In this document: in pieces, positions 42,290 through 53,280 of the stretch | Numbering within the stretch: the stretch's first letter is position 1 | Layout: every line of letters begins with the position of its first letter | Source of the DNA: Candidatus Marinacidobacterales bacterium | GTDB taxonomy: Bacteria > Acidobacteriota > Vicinamibacteria > Marinacidobacterales > DATDRI01 | DNA length: 64,000 nucleotides | Reading direction: 5' to 3' | NCBI GenBank assembly: GCA_965219415.1 | Contig: CBDCNP010000002.1 | Location: 4,480,001-4,544,000, forward strand | Made by a program: the position numbers and the translations under genes | The notes under the pieces: model-generated | What the model was told of the DNA's origin: nothing | Databases searched by the model: none | The model's input: only the letters and a program-made list of their open reading frames with translations

Positions 42290-43153
42290 CTAGCGAAGGA
42301 GCCCATTCAGAAGCGCCGCGAGCCGGTACCCGGCGAGCGCCATCTGCCGATCGGCGACCTCTTGGGCTTCGTCCTGATACTGCTTCGGCGGCCGCGCATC
42401 TCGAACAAGATACGACGGGTACAAGCGCGTCCTTGCAAGCTTGGCGCCGGCTTTGGACCAGTCGGTGAATCCTTGAACGCTCATCTCGCTCGCGAGCGTT
42501 GCGCGTGAATGAAGCGTTGTGATCTCGCCCGCGATCCGGTCGACCCATGCCGGATAGCCTTCGCTGTGGTGCTTGCGACGGGCGCGCATCTGTATCGAGT
42601 CCCAAAACGCGTGTAAGTTCCCCCAGGACTCCGGGTCGTCGAGCGCGAAATCGTTCCCTCCGCGATCGCCGTGCGGTTCGGCGTTGGTGACCCGCGCGCT
42701 CGAGTGGAGCGGTTGATGAACGTCACCGACGAGGTGGAGCAACCACGCGAGCTCGACAGCGTCGGGGACGGTGCCCGCGAGCGCCTCGAGTCGTTCGAGG
42801 AGTTCACCGTTCAGCCCCATCTCCGGTAGCGGCGTACCGTCTTCTCGCCAGAAATGATTGACGTAGTGCCACGTCGGGTGATCGTATTTTTCTTTGCGCA
42901 CCGGCCACGCCTCATCGCGCACGACGTCGGGCCAGTACCCGCTGCGGACGAAGAGCTCTCGCGGGCCGAACCCCGATAGCGCGAGGCCGGCGTCTCTCGG
43001 CGCAGCGCGAAGAATCTCGACTGCCCGCTCGCGCGTGGGCTCGCTCATGTGCTCCCACGCGATAGCATCCACAACGAGATGTCCCACGCGATCCCACGCC
43101 GAGGCCGACGACGCACAACAAATAGCGAAGAAAACGACCTTCGAAACTCTCAT
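42290..43153 (-). CDS. S1/P1 nuclease (secreted)
   Basis: Signal peptide then 'AWDRVGH', 'WPD', 'WHYVN', 'HLVGDVHQPLH', 'DRGGN', 'LHAFWD'. Confidence 0.9.
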   Translation of the reverse strand: MRVSKVVFFAICCASSASAWDRVGHLVVDAIAWEHMSEPTRERAVEILRAAPRDAGLALSGFGPRELFVRSGYWPDVVRDEAWPVRKEKYDHPTWHYVNHFWREDGTPLPEMGLNGELLERLEALAGTVPDAVELAWLLHLVGDVHQPLHSSARVTNAEPHGDRGGNDFALDDPESWGNLHAFWDSIQMRARRKHHSEGYPAWVDRIAGEITTLHSRATLASEMSVQGFTDWSKAGAKLARTRLYPSYLVRDARPPKQYQDEAQEVADRQMALAGYRLAALLNGLLR

Positions 43154-43394
43154 TAAGCGCGTGATAATAGCATGAGCCATGGCCGGTGGGTCCTGGGGCT
43201 GGTAGGGTAGCCCGCTGCGCCGGACGGTTCCCCTGCTGATGCTCAGCGTGCCGACCAATAATAATGATGATGAAGGACACGCAATCGCTCCACCGATGTG
43301 TGCTTCCGCAGTCAAGTGTTGGTGGCCTCCGCGTAATCTGGGTAAACTGCACCAAATGACGGACTCTCACCCCGAATTGTCCTCGCGATATTAC

Positions 43395-43560
43395 GGTGCT
43401 TCCGCCATCAAGTGTTGGTTAAATGACGCTAAGACGTTACGGTGCATTAAGTTACAGCCAAAATAGCGCTCGTGACCTTCGCTGCGCGCTAAATGGAGCG
43501 TAAGCGCTTCTTTTGCAAAGGGATGCGTACACATCACCAACAGCAAACAGCGCAAGCACC
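43395..43560 (+). mobile_element. MITE M1, complete (166 bp), followed by a 10-bp Y tip
   Basis: GGTGCTTCCGCC...CGCAAGCACC|GCACAGGACG. Confidence 0.9.
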
Positions 43561-43668
43561 GCACAGGACGGCGTCGTCAGGGCCTGTGACTTGTGATGAT
43601 GACTAATTTAAATTATGTCTATGTAGTAGAAAACTATTACTGTAAATAACTTACAGAATTGTATATAT

Positions 43669-43783
43669 AAAGGCAACAGGATGTGTCGCCAGACTATCTG
43701 ATGAGGCACATCCCTCTGGCGGGGTGGTAGGGACAGCACGATGACAAGGACATGCCAAGCAACTGGAGAAGCCGTCCTCGTCC
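43669..43783 (+). repeat. Second fragment of the same group II intron
   Basis: Near-identical to ~24143-24258. Confidence 0.75.
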
Positions 43784-43855
43784 CTCGGATTCCAAGGGCG
43801 TCTAAGCTGCTGATTTGTGGTCTATTTCAAAAGGGCCGAGTTTTGGCACAGGACG

Positions 43856-44080
43856 GGATGACGCGGGCGTATCGGTCATCGAATACACCCTTCAATCCGG
43901 CACCAGCCACGAAACCTGGCAGCGCAAACAGCGAGCGGATCGACTGGGAATTTTTCACTCGGTTAGCCTATCCTAAAAATGGACCACTTTTCAGCACCTG
44001 ATGAAGTACTGGATACCTTTTCCACACAATGAGTTACACTGTTTTCCGTCAGGACTTACCCACACGAATCCGCGTAGACC
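43856..44080 (-). mobile_element. ISL3-family left-end remnant, cut by a partial M2 (43785-43855)
   Basis: CCCACACGAATCCGCGTAGACC is the inverted copy of the terminus at 17231. Confidence 0.7.
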
Positions 44081-44193
44081 CCTTATTACTAACGACTTAT
44101 TCTTGTGGACCCTTAATTTCTGTCTTAGATTCTTGTTTGGTAGTCCTGCCGGTATCCTTAGATCGTTCAACTTATTAAAAAGGGGGACGTACC

Positions 44194-45288
44194 GTGGACT
44201 CGGATCCGAAACAGTCTCTCTCGGCTTCAGACCCAACTGGCTCGTGGGGCGCGCACCCAGAGCTCAAAGCCGCTAGCGCGGTCGCGCCCTTTGCCGAATC
44301 CTCTCCTGCGCCAGTGGTGCATCCGGTCGTTGCGGCGACAGCGCGCAAGAAGGCGCAGCCTAGCAAAGGCCGTATCATTGCGGTTGGCGGCGGCAAAGGC
44401 GGCGTTGGCAAGAGCCTCATTACGAGCAGCGTCGGGATCTCTCTTGCACGGCACGGCAAGAAAGTGGTGGTTATCGATGCCGACCTCGGCGGAGCGAATC
44501 TCCATACTTGCTTGGGCTTGTCCACACCGTCGCTCACGCTGAGCGATTTCATCAGTCGGCGCGTCGAGTCGATTGACGACGTGATTCTCGAGACTGGCGT
44601 CAAGAACCTCGGACTCATCAGCGGCGCACACGACCATCTCGCCGCGTCGAATCTGAAATATGGTCAGAAAACCCGACTCTTGTCCTGTATCGCTGCCGTG
44701 GACGCCGATTTCGTCTTGCTCGACATCGGTGCTGGGATCTCGTTCAACATCGTCGACTTCTTTCTCATTGCGGAGCAAGGGCTCCTCGTCGCGATCCCCG
44801 AGCCGAGCTCGATCGAGAACGCCTACCGCTTCCTAAAAATGAGTTTTTACCGTCATCTGTGGCGCGCTTTGAAGTCGAGCCCGGTGCGCAAAGTAGTTGA
44901 GCAAGCGATGGACCAAAAGAATCGCGACGGCATCCGCACGCCCATCGATCTTCTCGACGCTGTGGAGCGTCGCGACAGTGCTACCGGACGCTATCTCAAG
45001 GAGCAAGCCTTCTCGTTTCGGCCGCGGCTTCTGATCAATCAGGTCCGCTACCCCGAGGACGAGGGTCTCGGCGCGTCGATGGCCAGCGTCTGCCGTCGCC
45101 ATCTCGGAATCGCTATCGACGCCATCGGCTCGGTGCGCTTCGACGAGAGCGTTTGGAAGGCGAACCGCAAACGCAGACCTTTCATGCTCGACTTTCCCGA
45201 ATCCGCAGCAGGAAGCTCCCTTGAGCGTGTGGCACAGGCTTTGATGTTCGGGCCACCCACTTTAGCGCGCACGGAGAGACGAAGTTGA
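44194..45288 (+). CDS. MinD/FlhG(FleN)-family P-loop ATPase
   Basis: 'GGGKGGVGKS', 'IDADLGGANLH', 'LDIGAG', 'PEPSSIENAY'. Confidence 0.9.
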   Translation: MDSDPKQSLSASDPTGSWGAHPELKAASAVAPFAESSPAPVVHPVVAATARKKAQPSKGRIIAVGGGKGGVGKSLITSSVGISLARHGKKVVVIDADLGGANLHTCLGLSTPSLTLSDFISRRVESIDDVILETGVKNLGLISGAHDHLAASNLKYGQKTRLLSCIAAVDADFVLLDIGAGISFNIVDFFLIAEQGLLVAIPEPSSIENAYRFLKMSFYRHLWRALKSSPVRKVVEQAMDQKNRDGIRTPIDLLDAVERRDSATGRYLKEQAFSFRPRLLINQVRYPEDEGLGASMASVCRRHLGIAIDAIGSVRFDESVWKANRKRRPFMLDFPESAAGSSLERVAQALMFGPPTLARTERRS

Positions 45289-45980
45289 TGCTAAGACGGC
45301 TCAGCGAGCAAGACCATTATCAAGTTCTCGAGGTTTCGTACGACGCGAGCTCCGAAGAGATCCAGTCGGCCTTCGAGACGGCCCGCGACATCTACTCTCA
45401 CGAAGCGCTCGTTTCCAGCTCGATTCTGTCGGACCGCGAGCGCCGTCGCACGTTCCACCGGATCTCGGAGGCGTATCAGATGCTCATTGCTGAAGAAAGC
45501 CGCCGTCTCTACGATAAGAGGCTCGGGGTTCCGGAACCGGTCGTGCGCCGGGAGCAAGGGTCGAGGTTCGCCACCGCCGACAACGTCGAGGCGACGTCCA
45601 CGAATGGCGACGTCGCTCCGTCCGAGGCCCACGCTGAGCGGGAGCACGTCTCCGCCGACGATGTCGAGACGCCCGAGAAAGCGGCGGGCTCGGAGAGTTC
45701 CGTGCGCGAGTGCCCGCTACAACTCGAGACGTCCGCAGAAGCGACTGGAGCGTTTCTTAAGGCGGCGCGACAGGCGATGGGACTCGAGTTGGCAACCATC
45801 TCTAAAGAAACGAAAATCGGCTGCTCCATGCTCGAATATATCGAGAACGAGAGACTCGATCGCCTCCCGGCCGCGGTCTATTTGCGCAATTTCACCAGGC
45901 AATTTGCCCGTTGTCTCGGGCTCGACGAAGATCAGGTTTCGACGACCTACTTGGAGCGCATCCACCGCCTCCAAAGCTAA
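45285..45980 (+). CDS. DnaJ-like N-terminal domain plus RodZ-like HTH protein
   Basis: 'DHYQVLEVSYDASSEEI..A', 'ISEAYQML...RRLYD', 'GAFLKAARQ..G..L..IS.ETKI', 'LPAAVYLRNF'. Confidence 0.8.
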   Translation: MMLRRLSEQDHYQVLEVSYDASSEEIQSAFETARDIYSHEALVSSSILSDRERRRTFHRISEAYQMLIAEESRRLYDKRLGVPEPVVRREQGSRFATADNVEATSTNGDVAPSEAHAEREHVSADDVETPEKAAGSESSVRECPLQLETSAEATGAFLKAARQAMGLELATISKETKIGCSMLEYIENERLDRLPAAVYLRNFTRQFARCLGLDEDQVSTTYLERIHRLQS

Positions 45981-46040
45981 CGCCCGATCCCGCGCTCACA
46001 AGCTGCTATAGTTAGGAGCTTTGGACGGGAGGTCTCTCTT

Positions 46041-46125
46041 TTGCCCACGCTCTCCGTGGTGATCCCTTGCTACAACGAGACGCTTACGATCGAGACGATC
46101 GTCGACGCGGTTTCGAAGAGTGAGA
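46041..46125 (+). pseudogene. Glycosyltransferase family 2 N-terminal fragment
   Basis: 'PTLSVVIPCYNE..TI'; followed by a degenerate rve C-terminus (~46140-46317). Confidence 0.65.
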
Positions 46126-46393
46126 TCGAGGATCTCGAGACGCGCGCGCCAAGCCGTCGCCGAACTCATCCATCATTATCATAGAGAGCGCAAACATCAA
46201 GGACTTGGGAACGCGTTGATCGCAGCCGAAGAATGCGTCGGCAGTCCTCACGGTAACGTGCCGATGTTGTACGCGATGGGGCGGCTTGCTCATTTATTCC
46301 ACCGCGCCGCCGCATAGGAGTTCGGGCGCGCCAAGCTGGACGGAACGGATGCTCCGGAGGAGAGTTCTGCTCGGGCTCGCCTATCGAAGACCC

Positions 46394-46571
46394 CGTCCTG
46401 TGCCAAAACTCGGCCCTTTTGAAATAGAGCATCAATCAGCAGCTTAGTGTCTGTGTTTGCGGCCGTGCCAAGGGCCGAGCGCGAACAAACGACGAAATCA
46501 TGCAGGCATGGTCCCGGCAGACCGGAGACCAATCAAGTTTGGGGCGCGCGGATGAATAAATAGAAGGCACA
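46394..46571 (-). mobile_element. MITE M4 (178 bp)
   Basis: Y and X ends; followed by an IS1 right-end remnant at 46572-46655. Confidence 0.88.
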
Positions 46572-46727
46572 ACTCAGTTGGGCGCGCAACTCGGTCTCTT
46601 CCGCACCTGTCCCACTGCCCGCAGCCGCGTAGCAACACTTGATGGCGGAAGCACCGGAGCGACAATCAGAAGATCGTGTAGATGAACGGCGCCTCGGTCA
46701 GTTTCGTCGAGGTCATGAGCGCTGTGA

Positions 46728-48023
46728 TCACCGCCAGTTGAGATTGGTGTCGTTTGAAAAAGGTTTCTTGCCCCACGCTGGATCTTGGCCGGGACACGTA
46801 GTCGGGGGTTCGAGGCCATCAAACTCCCATTGGTTCGGCGGCGGTCCGGCTGCACCAATAGCAAAACACCAGCCCGTCACTGTCCGGCGCCAGGCATACC
46901 AGGATTGGCTGTCTTCGGAGACACGAAGTGTGATGCCTGATTCTTCGGGCAGGCCACTGCGCGTGAGATCCTTGCCGATGATCTGCAGGAGGTCATCGCG
47001 GTATCGCCCACCGCGGTTGCCGTACCAGCCCATTTGATACATGTGCAGTTTCGACAAAGCGTCGATCGTCTCCTTAAACTCGCGGCGGTCGAGGCGTCGC
47101 CCCCGTTCATCTGTGTCGTCCGAGCCGGCATAGCGGCGCAGACGTTCCTGTTCATCTGCTACCGCGCGTACCGCTTCTCTCTGTTGTCTTTTGAAGTTGC
47201 CTATGATCTGACGAGCTGCCGTGAAAGTGGAGGCCGCGGAAAGCTCTCTGACCCAATATGCGTGAAATCTGGATAGGTCGCGGATACGAACGTGGAACGA
47301 AATGAGCAGTGCTGCACGGGCGCGCCAGCGGGCACGGCCATCTTCGTTGAAGGAGTTGATACGGCGGAACGCTGAATCGTAGGAGAGATAGAGGCTAATG
47401 CCATAGATGAACGGTAAGAGGCCGATCGTCAACCAAACCGGCAGGCCGAACTTCAGCAAGAGCGCACGCGCGTCAATCTGGCCCCAGCCGAGATACCCCC
47501 GTCGCGCTGTGTAGATAAGCAAGGCACAGCCGACCACCGTGAGCAACGCCTCGCAGAATATCTTTGAGCGCCGGTGTTCCGGCTTGAAGCTACCGACGGT
47601 TGCGCAGAGCGTCAGGATTAAGACTACAGGCTGTAGCGCGAGTTCCACCGGCAGGCTCATCACATACAGGTTGACGAAGAACCCAACAAACACAACGACG
47701 CCGACCGTGTCGAGCATCGTCCGTCTGAAGAAACGCGGGTCAGTGGCTGCCTGCGTGCAGTTAAAGAAAAGAACAGCTGCCGAGCCAACCGTCCACGGAA
47801 CCGTATCTTTGGCAAAGGCTGCGTTCCAGAGCGACAGATGGGTGCCGACCCATAACTCAAGGCCAATCCATGCGAACATCGCCAAGAGTGGGATGATGAT
47901 GACGGGCTGTAAGAACAGCTTGAGGACGCCGCAGAGGCCCGATCTCTGCTTCGGTTGGAACAGCAGCCAAAGCGTAGCGACGCCTAACCAGAGAAGGACC
48001 GCGATCTCACGGTTGTTGAGCAT
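46728..48023 (-). CDS. Multi-pass membrane hypothetical protein with soluble C-terminal domain
   Basis: 431-aa ORF with about 7 hydrophobic segments in the N-terminal half. Confidence 0.7.
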   Translation of the reverse strand: MLNNREIAVLLWLGVATLWLLFQPKQRSGLCGVLKLFLQPVIIIPLLAMFAWIGLELWVGTHLSLWNAAFAKDTVPWTVGSAAVLFFNCTQAATDPRFFRRTMLDTVGVVVFVGFFVNLYVMSLPVELALQPVVLILTLCATVGSFKPEHRRSKIFCEALLTVVGCALLIYTARRGYLGWGQIDARALLLKFGLPVWLTIGLLPFIYGISLYLSYDSAFRRINSFNEDGRARWRARAALLISFHVRIRDLSRFHAYWVRELSAASTFTAARQIIGNFKRQQREAVRAVADEQERLRRYAGSDDTDERGRRLDRREFKETIDALSKLHMYQMGWYGNRGGRYRDDLLQIIGKDLTRSGLPEESGITLRVSEDSQSWYAWRRTVTGWCFAIGAAGPPPNQWEFDGLEPPTTCPGQDPAWGKKPFSNDTNLNWR

Positions 48024-48174
48024 TGGAGAAACACCGCCGCTGTTCTGATTGCGTCTGGACCGCGCTCGAGAACTCGGGAGCTATAATCGGTGAGCGCTCT
48101 TCCTCCCGGCTTCGCTGGCAGCGATGCAGACGGTTGTCCTCTATGAAGTTTCAATTTTCTCTTAAGCGGGGGCC

Positions 48175-48600
48175 TTATCCTCCATCGCTACCCTCCCCGC
48201 TATCCAGCAGGCCGAGGCTGTAGCCCAACCGGTAGTTTTGCCCCGTCTCGGACGACCCGAAGCCGACCCGCGGTGTTCCGACGAAGCGGTGTCCGACCAG
48301 CCATCCCGTAACCGAGGTCTGCGAGGACGCCCGCCGGATGCTTGGCTGCTGCGGGCTGTCAGCCCGGTCATCGTCTCCCGGCCCCACAGCGCCCCCTGTG
48401 GCTTGCCCGCCCCACGAAGGCGCCACCCCCGTGCCGTAAAGCTCAGCGGCGTCGAGGGTGTCGGGTCGAAGCCCGACACGCCCCGGTCCCGGAAGCCTTC
48501 GGCCTCGTGCACTAGCAGCATCCGCACCCGCACGTCCGCTGACAGGCCCAGCGAAGGGTCCGACACTACCAGACCGCTGCCGAGCCCTCGGTGCGCTCGA
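48175..48600 (-). pseudogene. Frameshifted autotransporter-like beta-barrel C-terminal remnant
   Basis: Pieces in several frames: 'GLSADVRVRMLLVHEAEGFRDRG', 'PTPSTPL', 'APSWGGQATGG', 'LWGRETM', 'FVGTPRVGF', 'YRLGYSL'. Confidence 0.6.
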
Positions 48601-48689
48601 CCGGCGTAGCGTGGAAACAGTTTCAGGAACACGCTTCGATATTCACTCTCGACTAGGTGGTCATCTGCATGGTGACGACCCGCCCGCCC

Positions 48690-48948
48690 AAGACGATTGT
48701 AAAGCCCACGGCCCTTGGCCCGGTCGCAAACACAGACACTAAGTTGCTGATTTATGGCCTATTTCAAAAGGGCCGAGTTTTGGCACAAGACGGGGTTGCG
48801 CGCCCTACTGAGCAGGAAAACTTCGATCCGCAACCACAAAGGAATCGTCGTCGCCAAGAAGATGTCTCGAAAGGTGAGCCGTCGCGTGGTCAGACTGGCC
48901 TGCATAGCCGGCGTTCGGATCTCACGTCCGAACTTCAGAGCTCCGTGC
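48690..48948. mobile_element. Y end (to 48792) joined to an internal IS1 fragment
   Basis: GGCACAAGACG|GGGTTGCGCGCCCTACTG matches the IS1 3' region. Confidence 0.8.
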
Positions 48949-49921
48949 GCTCTGGTCTTCAGGAGACTTGGCGTCGCCGCCTCGATGGTGCTGTCAGGTA
49001 GTCCGTCACAGGTCACCTTCGTCCGGTTCGCCCGAAAGCTCATTCAACCAAGTGCAGTCATGCTCGCGGCAGTGCTCGTTCACGCATCCGTTCAGTCCGA
49101 TCAGTTCCTTGCAGCGAATGCAAAAGGCGTACTCGGGCAGCCGCCCGGCTGTCGCGCACGCGGCAGGGCCGGCTTCGATTCCACACGAGCGGTAGTACGC
49201 CCATACTTCGGCTGTTGTCTTCGCCTTCCCGTGTTGTCCTCTCTGTGACTGCATCCACTTGTCTACTTTCGCCGGATGCCCAAAGCACTCCACCGTCATC
49301 ACGCGTGGCCCGGTCGGCCGCACCTGGGTTCCCGCGATCTCGACGTTTTCGACTGCGCGATCGGGCGTAGTCACTTCGACGAGGCTGTAGCTGGGCGGGA
49401 AGCCTCTCGTTTCGAAGTGCCGCCACGCCGGCGTTCGCACGGGTCCCATCACTCCGGGCAATACGATCCGGTGTGAGCCCTTCTGTGTTCTTCGCTGGCT
49501 CACCCCGTCCGCGTTCTCGGGGCCTTGGAGCAGTGTGTCCTTGGCCGCTGCCCGCAGTACCGCCTCGAGGTTCCTCGCTCGCTCGATGCCGTCGGCGTTC
49601 AAGTAGGAGTCGCGGCATGCCTCAAGGTACTCGCTTCGCTCCGGCAACTCGTGGAGCAGTTCGCTGCAACGCCGTGCTGCTGTGCCGGTCGCTACCACCT
49701 TCACCTTGTCACCTCCGCGGGATGCTCTGTACGATATTACACGCGTCGTGTCCAAAAAAATACAAACGAACTCTAAGACCCGCGCGCCAGGCCGTCGCCG
49801 AATTCATCTATCATTTTCATGGAGAGCGCAACCACCAAGGGCTGATTCTGGAATCTGACTCTCAAAGTCGGCTGCAACTCGGAACACCAAGCGAACACAA
49901 TTAGGACGATCCTTTTCACTC

Positions 49922-50266
49922 TTAGTCATCTGATTGGCTCCTTGCGTCAATGGTGTATGCCTGAACGGCTCTTCGGATTGCTTCGCACTCAGCGTCACTC
50001 TCCACCGTGTGTCCTGCTAATCCTGTCCTTATGGTTCCGTCTGATGTTTCAAACACCCGCTGGACCGTTGTGGTAAGGATCACCGAACAGCCCGAACCGT
50101 CATCTTGCTCCCCGACCAAAATCAGGTGCTCAATGTTGGCTACGAAGTTTCCCCACCGTACGAACTTCGGTTCAAAGGATGCTGCGGCCAGCAGTGCTCC
50201 CACCGTGAGCACGATCGCGGCTACTATGGTCCCACCCGCTTGAATTAGTGCATCAGCTTTTGGCAC
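49922..50266 (-). CDS. Hypothetical protein with N-terminal TM segment
   Basis: 114-aa ORF, hydrophobic N-terminus. Confidence 0.45.
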   Translation of the reverse strand: MPKADALIQAGGTIVAAIVLTVGALLAAASFEPKFVRWGNFVANIEHLILVGEQDDGSGCSVILTTTVQRVFETSDGTIRTGLAGHTVESDAECEAIRRAVQAYTIDARSQSDD

Positions 50267-50332
50267 GCTGGCAGTATACCACCGGGTTGTGGTGATGACG
50301 TTAACCCCTGCTCGTTGAAGGAGGCACTGCTA

Positions 50333-50575
50333 ATGACCATTCTGCATCCCACGTTCCCAGGTAACGGTGACTTTCATCCTGATCGAGTCAGCGCCTTCAA
50401 GCGTTCGGAGCTTGGAGGGGTAATCGTCCTTCTGGATGATGGCCGAGAACCGGAGTGGCTGATCCCCGATGCGCAGTGGGACGAGTTCTGCCGCGATACG
50501 CTCGCGTGTATCAACAGGCGGGAGCTTGAGCGCCGTGATCTGGAAGGTGGTCCCGTCATCGAACCGAAATCGTAG
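50333..50575 (+). CDS. Small hypothetical protein
   Basis: AAGGAGG RBS before the ATG at 50333. Confidence 0.5.
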   Translation: MTILHPTFPGNGDFHPDRVSAFKRSELGGVIVLLDDGREPEWLIPDAQWDEFCRDTLACINRRELERRDLEGGPVIEPKS

Positions 50576-50758
50576 CGTGTGAAGAGTACCGCTCTGCTTG
50601 GTCATAGGCATCTGTCTCCCTAGGTAGGATTGTATGTAAGGTCGGAGAAGTTCCGTGGTACGGTTTGGTACGAGCGACTCAAAGCGATGCACAACGCCGG
50701 CCGGCGAAAACGACGGCAACATCGAAACCAGAGAGAGGCTCGTACGGAACGGCAACCC

Positions 50759-50839
50759 CGTCCTGTGCCAAAACTCGGCCCTTTTGAAATAGACCATAAA
50801 TCAGCAGCTTAGTGTCTGTGTTAGTTTTGGCACAGGACG
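50759..50839. mobile_element. 81-bp mini-MITE with two Y ends (17-bp perfect TIR)
   Basis: CGTCCTGTGCCAAAACT ... AGTTTTGGCACAGGACG. Confidence 0.85.
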
Positions 50840-50847
50840 GGGTCAAT

Positions 50848-51099
50848 ATGTTTAGGTTGGAAATAGTGAACCTGTACCAAATGCTTGAGAAGCACGGGAT
50901 GACAATTCCGAAGATCGAACCTGATGAGAGCTTCTATACGGATGACACCCTTTACAATTTTCATCTGTCTACCCTCCAAGAACTTAGCAGGCTTATACGA
51001 TACGGAAACTTTAACCTCGAAAAATGGAATGATGAGATCGTAGAACGAGAGAGGAGACGCGAAGAGACGGCCGCGTTAGGAAGATCGTGGAACGAATAA
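50848..51099 (+). CDS. Hypothetical low-GC protein or 3' fragment starting just after a Y end
   Basis: 'MFRLEIVNLYQMLEKHG...'. Confidence 0.45.
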   Translation: MFRLEIVNLYQMLEKHGMTIPKIEPDESFYTDDTLYNFHLSTLQELSRLIRYGNFNLEKWNDEIVERERRREETAALGRSWNE

Positions 51100-51313
51100 A
51101 ACGACGTTATTGATGAACATGCTACACTTCCTATTGCTAGATGGTTTCTCACAAGTCGGCCCTGACGTTGGGCCACTCGCTGAATATAAAACCTTCAATG
51201 GGGAGAGGAAATAGGCGAAAAATCTGCACTATGACTCGTGTAGAACCTGCCTGGCGACTGACCCGACGACCACTTCCGGGGCATCGGGAATCTCAAGGGA
51301 GAACAAAATCGCC

Positions 51314-51931
51314 ATGCGAAGTTTTGCGGTGTTTCTGATGGTGCTGTGCCTCGCCGCCTTTGCCGAAGGTCAGGAGATGAGCAAAGCGGACGCGGGCTCA
51401 GCCCTCTTTAACGTGGACGGAAGATCGGTCGGCTCTAACAAGGACTCCTCGTTGCGCAGGGAATGGGTCGCCGTCCATGACGAAAACCTGCCACTGATGT
51501 TCGTAGGAACGCCCGGCGTAGAAAGGGCAAAAGGCAATGCTGCTTACAGCGCCAGAACGCACTTGACCCCGAGATCAAATCAGACTGTAACGGCAGTCGA
51601 GATTAACTTTGTGCTACTCGACTTGTTCGGCGAATGCATTACGACGCTCTCCGCTACGAGAGCCATTGACATCGCCGCAGGTGAGAAGAAGACGTTCAAT
51701 TTTAAATGGAACGTCTACGGAGAGGAATACAAGGCCGTCATCGCCTCATGGCGAACCGAAAACAAGACAAATTTTATGTCCAAAAGATTTTTTCCGTCCA
51801 AAAGATTCTTGACGTCGATCGCCTTCATCGCCAAAGTACGAACCACTGACGGGCAGGTTCATTTAGCCAACATCGACACCGCGAAAGTGGTGACGCAGTT
51901 TATTGAGGAAGGACGACGAACTGATGAATGA
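51314..51931 (+). CDS. Secreted hypothetical protein
   Basis: GGGAG RBS; signal peptide 'MRSFAVFLMVLCLAAFA'. Confidence 0.7.
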   Translation: MRSFAVFLMVLCLAAFAEGQEMSKADAGSALFNVDGRSVGSNKDSSLRREWVAVHDENLPLMFVGTPGVERAKGNAAYSARTHLTPRSNQTVTAVEINFVLLDLFGECITTLSATRAIDIAAGEKKTFNFKWNVYGEEYKAVIASWRTENKTNFMSKRFFPSKRFLTSIAFIAKVRTTDGQVHLANIDTAKVVTQFIEEGRRTDE

Positions 51932-52212
51932 CGAGACACACAAGACAAGGAATGACCGATGCCGAACCAGCAGAGGATGTCTTCGGCAAACAACTGAAAG
52001 AGGGGCTCGATCGGATTATCGAAGAGAACGATAAAAAGGAGAGAGCGTGAATAAATATACAATTTTTGCATAAGTTGCGGAGGTACTCGTCTGGTCAATA
52101 AACTCAAACGCGCTCCCGTAGGCCAGTTTGAGAGGGCTTGGCCTCGGTCTGTTAGACCGGTTGAATCACAGGTCGTGGTCAGGTACTTACTCTAGTTCTC
52201 CGGGGAGACACA

Positions 52213-53280
52213 ATGGACTGGAAGACAATGCTGGCGTACATCACGGGATCGGTCGACCGAGAACTGCTCCTGCGCAACGAGTACCTCGTTACCGAGAATC
52301 GTATTCTTCGAGATCAGCTGCAAGGCCGTTTGCGCCTGACCGATGGTGAGCGGAGAACCTTGGCGGAGATCGGAAAACAGCTCGGCAAGCGCGCGCTCGA
52401 AGAGGTAGCGAGTATCGTCAGGCCCGATACGATTTTCGGGTGGCACCGCAAGCTCATCGCCAGGAAGTTCGACGGTTCCAAGAACCGGACGTATCCGGGG
52501 CGACCACGAATCGACGAAAAGATCGAACAGCTGATTATCCGCTTCGCGAGAGAGAACCGATCGTGGGGCTATGATCGCATTGCCGGGGCCATGGCGAACC
52601 TCGGGTATCGAGCGAGCGACCAAACCGTCGGCAACATACTGAAGCGCCACAGTATACCGCCCGCGCCGGAGCGAGAAAAGACAACGACGTGGAACGAGTT
52701 CATCCGCTCGCACATGGACGTCCTTGCGGCAACGGATTTCTTCACCGCGGAGGTGTGGACGAAGTCCGGGCTGGTCACCTACTACGTTTTATTCTTCATA
52801 CACCTGGCTACGCGACGCGTTCATATTGCCGGTATCACACCCTATCCAGACGAAAGGTGGATGACCCAAGTGGTCCGGAATGTGACCATGGCGGATGTCG
52901 GCTTTCTTTGCTCGACCCGCTACTTGATCCACGATCGCGACTCGAAATTCTGCGCGTCGTTTCAGCGGACACTCGAAGAGGTGGGTATCAAGACCGTCAA
53001 ACTGCCTGCGAGAAGCCCGAATTTGAACTCCTTCGCGGAGCGCTGGGTGAAGTCTGTGAAGGAAGAATGTCTATCGAAGCTGATCTTGTTCGGCGAGCCA
53101 GCATTCAGACGGTGTCTGGCTTCCTATCTCGCTCATTATCATGGAGAGAGGAACCATCAAGGCAAGGAAAACGTCATTCTCTTTCCGTCTGTAGAAAGCA
53201 GCGGCCCCCGCGAAGGGCCAATCCTTTGTCGGGAAAGGCTCGGTGGGCTGCTGAGATACTACCACCGAGAGGCGGCATGA
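52213..53280 (+). CDS. rve integrase/transposase (355 aa)
   Basis: 'ATDFF', 'IHDRDSKF', 'PNLNSFAERWV', 'RERLGGLLRYYHREAA'. Confidence 0.93.
   Translation: MDWKTMLAYITGSVDRELLLRNEYLVTENRILRDQLQGRLRLTDGERRTLAEIGKQLGKRALEEVASIVRPDTIFGWHRKLIARKFDGSKNRTYPGRPRIDEKIEQLIIRFARENRSWGYDRIAGAMANLGYRASDQTVGNILKRHSIPPAPEREKTTTWNEFIRSHMDVLAATDFFTAEVWTKSGLVTYYVLFFIHLATRRVHIAGITPYPDERWMTQVVRNVTMADVGFLCSTRYLIHDRDSKFCASFQRTLEEVGIKTVKLPARSPNLNSFAERWVKSVKEECLSKLILFGEPAFRRCLASYLAHYHGERNHQGKENVILFPSVESSGPREGPILCRERLGGLLRYYHREAA

Noticed and set aside
48170-48650. GC-rich stretch as a structured ncRNA
   Set aside because: Better explained as a frameshifted beta-barrel coding remnant on the minus strand.
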